This document shows, piece by piece, positions 60,801 to 64,000 of a stretch of 64,000 bases of DNA. Positions within the stretch are counted from its first letter, which is position 1. Each line of letters begins with the position of its first letter. Source of the DNA: Lingula anatina (lineage: Eukaryota > Animalia > Brachiopoda); the NCBI GenBank assembly GCA_051362555.1, contig CM120642.1, positions 24,242,001 to 24,306,000 on the forward strand. Direction: 5' to 3'. The notes beneath the pieces were generated by a model. The model was not told where the DNA came from, did not search any database, and saw nothing but the letters and a program-made list of their open reading frames with translations. The position numbers and the translations under genes were made by a program.

Positions 60801-63600
60801 TTTTTCTAACAGAGTCCATGAGAGTTTTAAAGGAAAATCCTAGATCTGAAACCTTAATGTTTCTAATGCTGAAATTTTTTACCTTTTAGAATTGGAGCAG
60901 AAAAAGGATCGTGTGCGAGAAATCCACAAACTAGTCCACCAACTCCCAGAGGCCAATTTCAAGTTTTTACGGGTTCTTATCAAGCATCTCAGAATGTAAG
61001 ATAATCATTTATAAGTAATGAAGACATTCTTGTGTCTTGTATATGAAAATTACCATGAGACATTTTTTGTAGACATTTATTTTATAGTGTATATTTGGAC
61101 TTAAAAACAAAATAATTGTAGATCATAGTTTTCTCTTTGTTTTCTTTTCTTTTGACAATGTTTGGATATCCATCTGCACATTAAACAGTAAAATGTTTGT
61201 GAAAAAATAGGTTGTTCTGTTATACATTTTAAAGAATTGAATGTAAAAAACAGGTTGCCTCATAATACTTTTCCCTTTTAAGTCACAGAAACTTCTCTAT
61301 TATTTTCTATCTGTTACAGGGTGTCTCAGAATAAGTATAACAATTCAGGTCACAGATACTTCTCGACTGCCTTTTGCATCTGACTGGGTGTCTCAGAATA
61401 CATATAACATTTCAAGCCACAGAAACCTACTGCTCATTTCTCTTACAGGGTGTCTCAGAATATATATAACATTTCAAGCCACAGAAACCTACTGCTCATT
61501 TCTCTTACAGGGTGTCTCAGAATACATATAACATTTCAAGCCACAGAAACCTACTGCTCACTTCTCTTACAGGGTGTCTCAGAATACATATAACATTTCA
61601 AGCCACAGAAACCTACTGCTCACTTCTCTTACAGGGTGTCTCAGAATACATATAACATTTCAAGCCACAGAAACCTACTGCTCACTTCTCTTACAGGGTG
61701 TCTCAGAATACATATAATATTTCAAGCCACAGAAACCTACTGCTCACTTCTCTTACTGGGTGTCTCAGAAAACATATAACATTTCAAGCCACAGAAACCT
61801 ACTGCTCACTTCTCTTACAGGGTGTCTCAGAATACAGAACATTTCAAGCCACAGAAACCTACTGCTCACTTCTCTTACAGGGTGTCTCAGAATACATATA
61901 ACATTTCAAGCCACAGAAACCTACTGCTCACTTCTCTTACAGGGTGTCTCAGAAGCATGCAGTGAACCTGATGACAGTGTCCAATGTTGGGGTGTGCTTT
62001 GGGCCCACTCTAATGAGGCCAGAGGAGGAGACAGTGGCAGCTATCATGGATATCAAGTTCTGTAACATTGTGGTAGAAATTCTTATTGAGAACTATGACT
62101 TGGTAAGTCGAGATAGAATTATTGTTAATACCCTAAGAACATGAAGTATTGGTTTTTGATATTATGTAAAATTAAAATTGGTATGGTTTTGAGGGAAAAG
62201 AACAGAGAGTGGTCTAGCTAGACAACCATTGAATCCTGAAATGAAAACATTAATAGATTTCACATGAATGATTTTATTTTTATAAATATCTTATCTTTAA
62301 CATTTATTATTTATACTTTTATTAACTCACTTATAATTAATTATATCAAGTTGGTTTACATTTCAATAGTCTTTTTATTGTACAGTCCAACTTTTCTTAG
62401 GTGCAAGAAATGACAGTGAATGTACTGACTGTTCTTAGGCTATTCTTCTTCCTCTTCTTTTTCTTTTATTGTTATTAATGTATGTATTATCCCCCTGCAG
62501 ATATTTGGAGGTTCACCAGACCAGTCAGAGAATGGTCCAGCCAGCCAGGTCCCAGAGAGTCCTAGAAGGTCTCTCCCAGTGCCTGAGCATGTCCAGCCAC
62601 CCACTAGCTTGGCACCAGGTAGGGGACATCAAGGTTTATTATACTATCTTGTGTATTTTAAAACTGTCCTCTTTAGGCTGGTTTAAAATTTAAATGATTT
62701 GGGGTCTAAATGCTTGTGGGATAACCAAATTACGTTACAAGGCCCAGAAGGGGATATTTGAAGTCCTGCCCATAGAAACACAGGCTGCACCTTATATTTC
62801 TTTTTTCAAGTTTGAAAGCTTTCCAACTTGGCCAATGGTCAAAACAATGGATGTTTTATGAAGGTGTACCATTGTAGTCATTTTCAGAAAGTATTTTGTT
62901 TAATGAATCATGAGGAAGAGTTTTAGCTGTTTTACTTTGAAATAATAATATAATATAAAGAATCTCTATCTAAGAAGTTTTGCAGTACAAATCACAGCAA
63001 TCAGTTTCAGTGCAGCATGGCTTTTGCTTAAACAACGACAGTGTCATGTGTACAGACTGTGTGCTTAATTATAAGGCAATTCACTAACAGTTAACCTGGT
63101 TTGGCATGTTGAAAATTTTGGCACTCTTTCCTGTTTGAGAATTTCAAAATTGTTTCCCCTTTTCTCAAAAAAGCCCACTTCAGCTAATATTTTGCTGTTT
63201 GAAAATCCTCTTTGAGCTATTCCCCTTCTCTCATTTTCACCAAGAAAAATAATGAATATATTAAGTAAATGAGTGAAAAAAAATCTCAAATTGCCCAGTG
63301 ACATATGAAAGTTTGAAACATGTAGCAAAGTTAAGTGAAGCCATTCATAGTACAGTTGTTACATTTAAAGGTGGGTATGATACACACAATGCTTCCATTA
63401 ACCAGCTTTATGTTTAGCTGCAGCTTGTTTTCCCCTTTCCCCACCAGGTGGCCCCACATCTCCAGGGAGAAACTACGCAAACTTGGATAACAATGTGAAC
63501 AACAATTCTTCTGGCTACAAAGGTCTCGACGCGGGGCAGACATATGCTCAATACAGGAGTCGTCTGCGGCCGGTCGCCATTTATAATCCTGGAACTCCTG
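22720..63600 (+). CDS. ARHGAP26: GRAF-family Rho GTPase-activating protein (BAR-PH-RhoGAP; ARHGAP26/ARHGAP10/ARHGAP42/OPHN1 family), 3' end beyond window
   Basis: Exons 22720-22873, 27649-27744, 31101-31162, 42856-42927, 51704-51805, 51911-52021, 54172-54214, 54712-54773, 55009-55083 (or 55071), 57356-57425, 58270-58373, 58681-58778, 59052-59130, 59271-59304, 59535-59597, 59927-60001, 60172-60250, 60519-60577, 60890-60995, 61943-62102, 62501-62618, 63448-63600; all phases are compatible. Motifs: [19 protein letters not shown] (BAR), [46 protein letters not shown] (PH), [12 protein letters not shown] arginine finger, [28 protein letters not shown] (RhoGAP). The symbol is the usual label for the single invertebrate Graf, not a strict orthology call. 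Confidence 0.93.
26270..26438. mobile_element. hAT-like MITE (CAGGG termini) with 5-bp TSD
   Basis: TIRs CAGGGCTTGACATTAA / TTAGTGTCAAGCCCTG. ATCAT is duplicated at 26265-26269 and 26439-26443. Internal repeated CACTGGCCC/GGGCCA motifs. Confidence 0.75.
29393..29432. repeat. (TG)n microsatellite
   Basis: About 20 dinucleotide units. A similar (TG)n tract lies at ~30772-30816 and an (AG)n tract at ~26090-26122. Confidence 0.9.
30347..30663. repeat. Two short tandem duplications (~50 bp x2 and ~55 bp x3)
   Basis: AATCATGGGGA(T/A)AGTGTTCGTCCTATGTCCATATATTCATATTGGATTT occurs twice. GCCATGCAGATTTT...CAGACACAGTAGTAGGGTCTTTACATATTGCAA starts at 30501, 30555 and 30610. Confidence 0.9.
35497..35560. 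repeat. (TC)n microsatellite
   Basis: About 32 perfect units. Poly-T runs lie at 35930-35979 and 48839-48886. Confidence 0.95.
37131..39884 (+). mobile_element. Helentron-associated non-autonomous element (HINE/DINE-1-like), internally triplicated
   Basis: 5' hairpin TATGTACAGACAC-AGAT-GTGTCTGTACATA in a T-run, then a (GTC/GCC)n microsatellite and internal repeats. 3' sub-TIR GTCTGTACAT (39854), short stem-loop GACAGC-TTT-GCTGCC and TTGTTTT. The unit AGATGTGTCTGTACATATTGCCATCACC restarts at 37144, 38024 and 39190. Confidence 0.8.
43106..43410. mobile_element. MITE with ~28-bp TIRs and central (GAATA)n/(TATTC)n fold-back
   Basis: GGTAATGACTTAATTTTTTCAAGGG ... CCCATTGAAAACATTAAGTCATTACCC, with inverted pentamer arrays at ~43228-43278. 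Confidence 0.6.
43495..43625. repeat. Inverted repeat (~50-bp stem, 31-nt loop)
   Basis: GATAGTCAGAAAGTTTTCATTTATGATAGATCCTGAAATTTGA (43502-43544) pairs with TCAAATTTCAGGATCTGTCATAAGGAAAACTTTCTGACTATC (43576-43617). Confidence 0.85.
49492..50159. mobile_element. Young non-autonomous DNA transposon, 77-bp TIRs, 8-bp TSD (hAT/P-like)
   Basis: TIR CACCCTGAGCTTCAGAGATAACTTGACACTAACCTCTTCAC...GTTACCTCTGAC, with one mismatch seen between the two ends. ACAGATGT is duplicated at 49484-49491 and 50160-50167. The interior is CpG- and CCAAT-rich. Confidence 0.88.
61280..61954 (+). repeat. 62-bp minisatellite spanning the 3' splice site of GRAF exon 20
   Basis: Unit GGTGTCTCAGAATACATATAACATTTCAAGCCACAGAAACCTACTGCTCACTTCTCTTACAG, ~11 copies. 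The period is 62 (one unit is 60 and the first is diverged). The last copy provides the real acceptor at 61942. Confidence 0.95.
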
Positions 63601-64000
63601 GTAGGTGGCGCTCTGTAAAGCAGATCAAGCCTGTTTTTCGTGTATTGTTCGATATGCTTAACATACTGTAAGTGTATTAAAGGTGACATTCCTCTGCATT
63701 ACTGGTCTTTGTAGCTCTCTGGGAAAATGAAAACTGGGGTCTGTTTCACACAAAAGTCCGAAGTCACTTCTTGGTCTAAAACCATACACTAGTACTAAGA
63801 CTTAGCTGTCTAAGTTGCATTTCTCAGAGAATCTTAAAGGCAGCGTATTAAGTGAGTTATTTAGTCTGTAAAAATTGATTGACTTTTCAAAGGTATTAAC
63901 TCTTAGTGATGACTTTAGCTCATTTAGGAATGTCAAATACTTTTCCTATGTTTCAATCACTCTTTTACACCCTTATATTATTGACCAGAAGGGCAAATTC

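Noticed and set aside
60850-60860. U12-type branch point (CCTTAA) before GRAF exon 19
   Set aside because: The matching donor is GTATGTT, not the U12 consensus GTATCCTT. No U12 intron was found among the reconstructed genes.
61319-61942. Recursive splicing through the decoy acceptors
   Set aside because: The junctions are AG|GGT, not AG|GT. Re-splicing would leave 1 nt and need a weak GTGTCT donor.
61280-61954. CRISPR-like array, or Tc1/mariner TIR ends (TA-CAGGGTGTCTCA)
   Set aside because: The context is a eukaryotic intron with no unique spacers, and all units are in direct orientation. The motif is explained by the splice junction TACAG|GGTGTCTCAG encoding (M)VSQ.
61698-62065. ORF-track proteins 61698..61901 and 61760..62065
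   Set aside because: They are translations of the 62-bp minisatellite. Only 61943-62102 is a real exon.

Overview
AT-rich, intron-rich animal genomic DNA. It is probably a mollusc or other lophotrochozoan, inferred from gene divergence and bivalve-type Helentron/HINE repeats. Five spliced genes could be rebuilt exon by exon with consistent GT-AG phases. ST13/Hip (5' part, minus) sits head-to-head with XPNPEP3/Icp55 (plus, 498 aa). A PRXL2B/FAM213B-like thioredoxin-fold gene lies on plus (203 aa). ZNF330/NOA36 (minus, 310 aa) sits head-to-head with a GRAF-family RhoGAP (ARHGAP26/10/42-like, plus, 22 coding exons seen, continuing past the window end). The window also holds tRNA-Val(TAC) with a decayed tRNA-Val(CAC) neighbour, a decayed kinase-like gene and many non-autonomous DNA transposons. 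Highlight 1: the PRXL2B-like gene has an in-frame TGA at the first position of the redox CxxC motif (RYWG-U-IT-C) and a well-formed type II SECIS in its 3' UTR. It is a predicted selenoprotein that the ORF track misses. Highlight 2: a 62-bp minisatellite multiplies the 3' splice site of a RhoGAP exon, leaving 8 intact decoy acceptors, all of which give frameshifts or stops. Highlight 3: ST13-XPNPEP3 head-to-head synteny is shared with vertebrates, and the promoter carries a twice-repeated, fixed-spacing composite motif. Family assignments come from recalled protein sequences, not from database searches.
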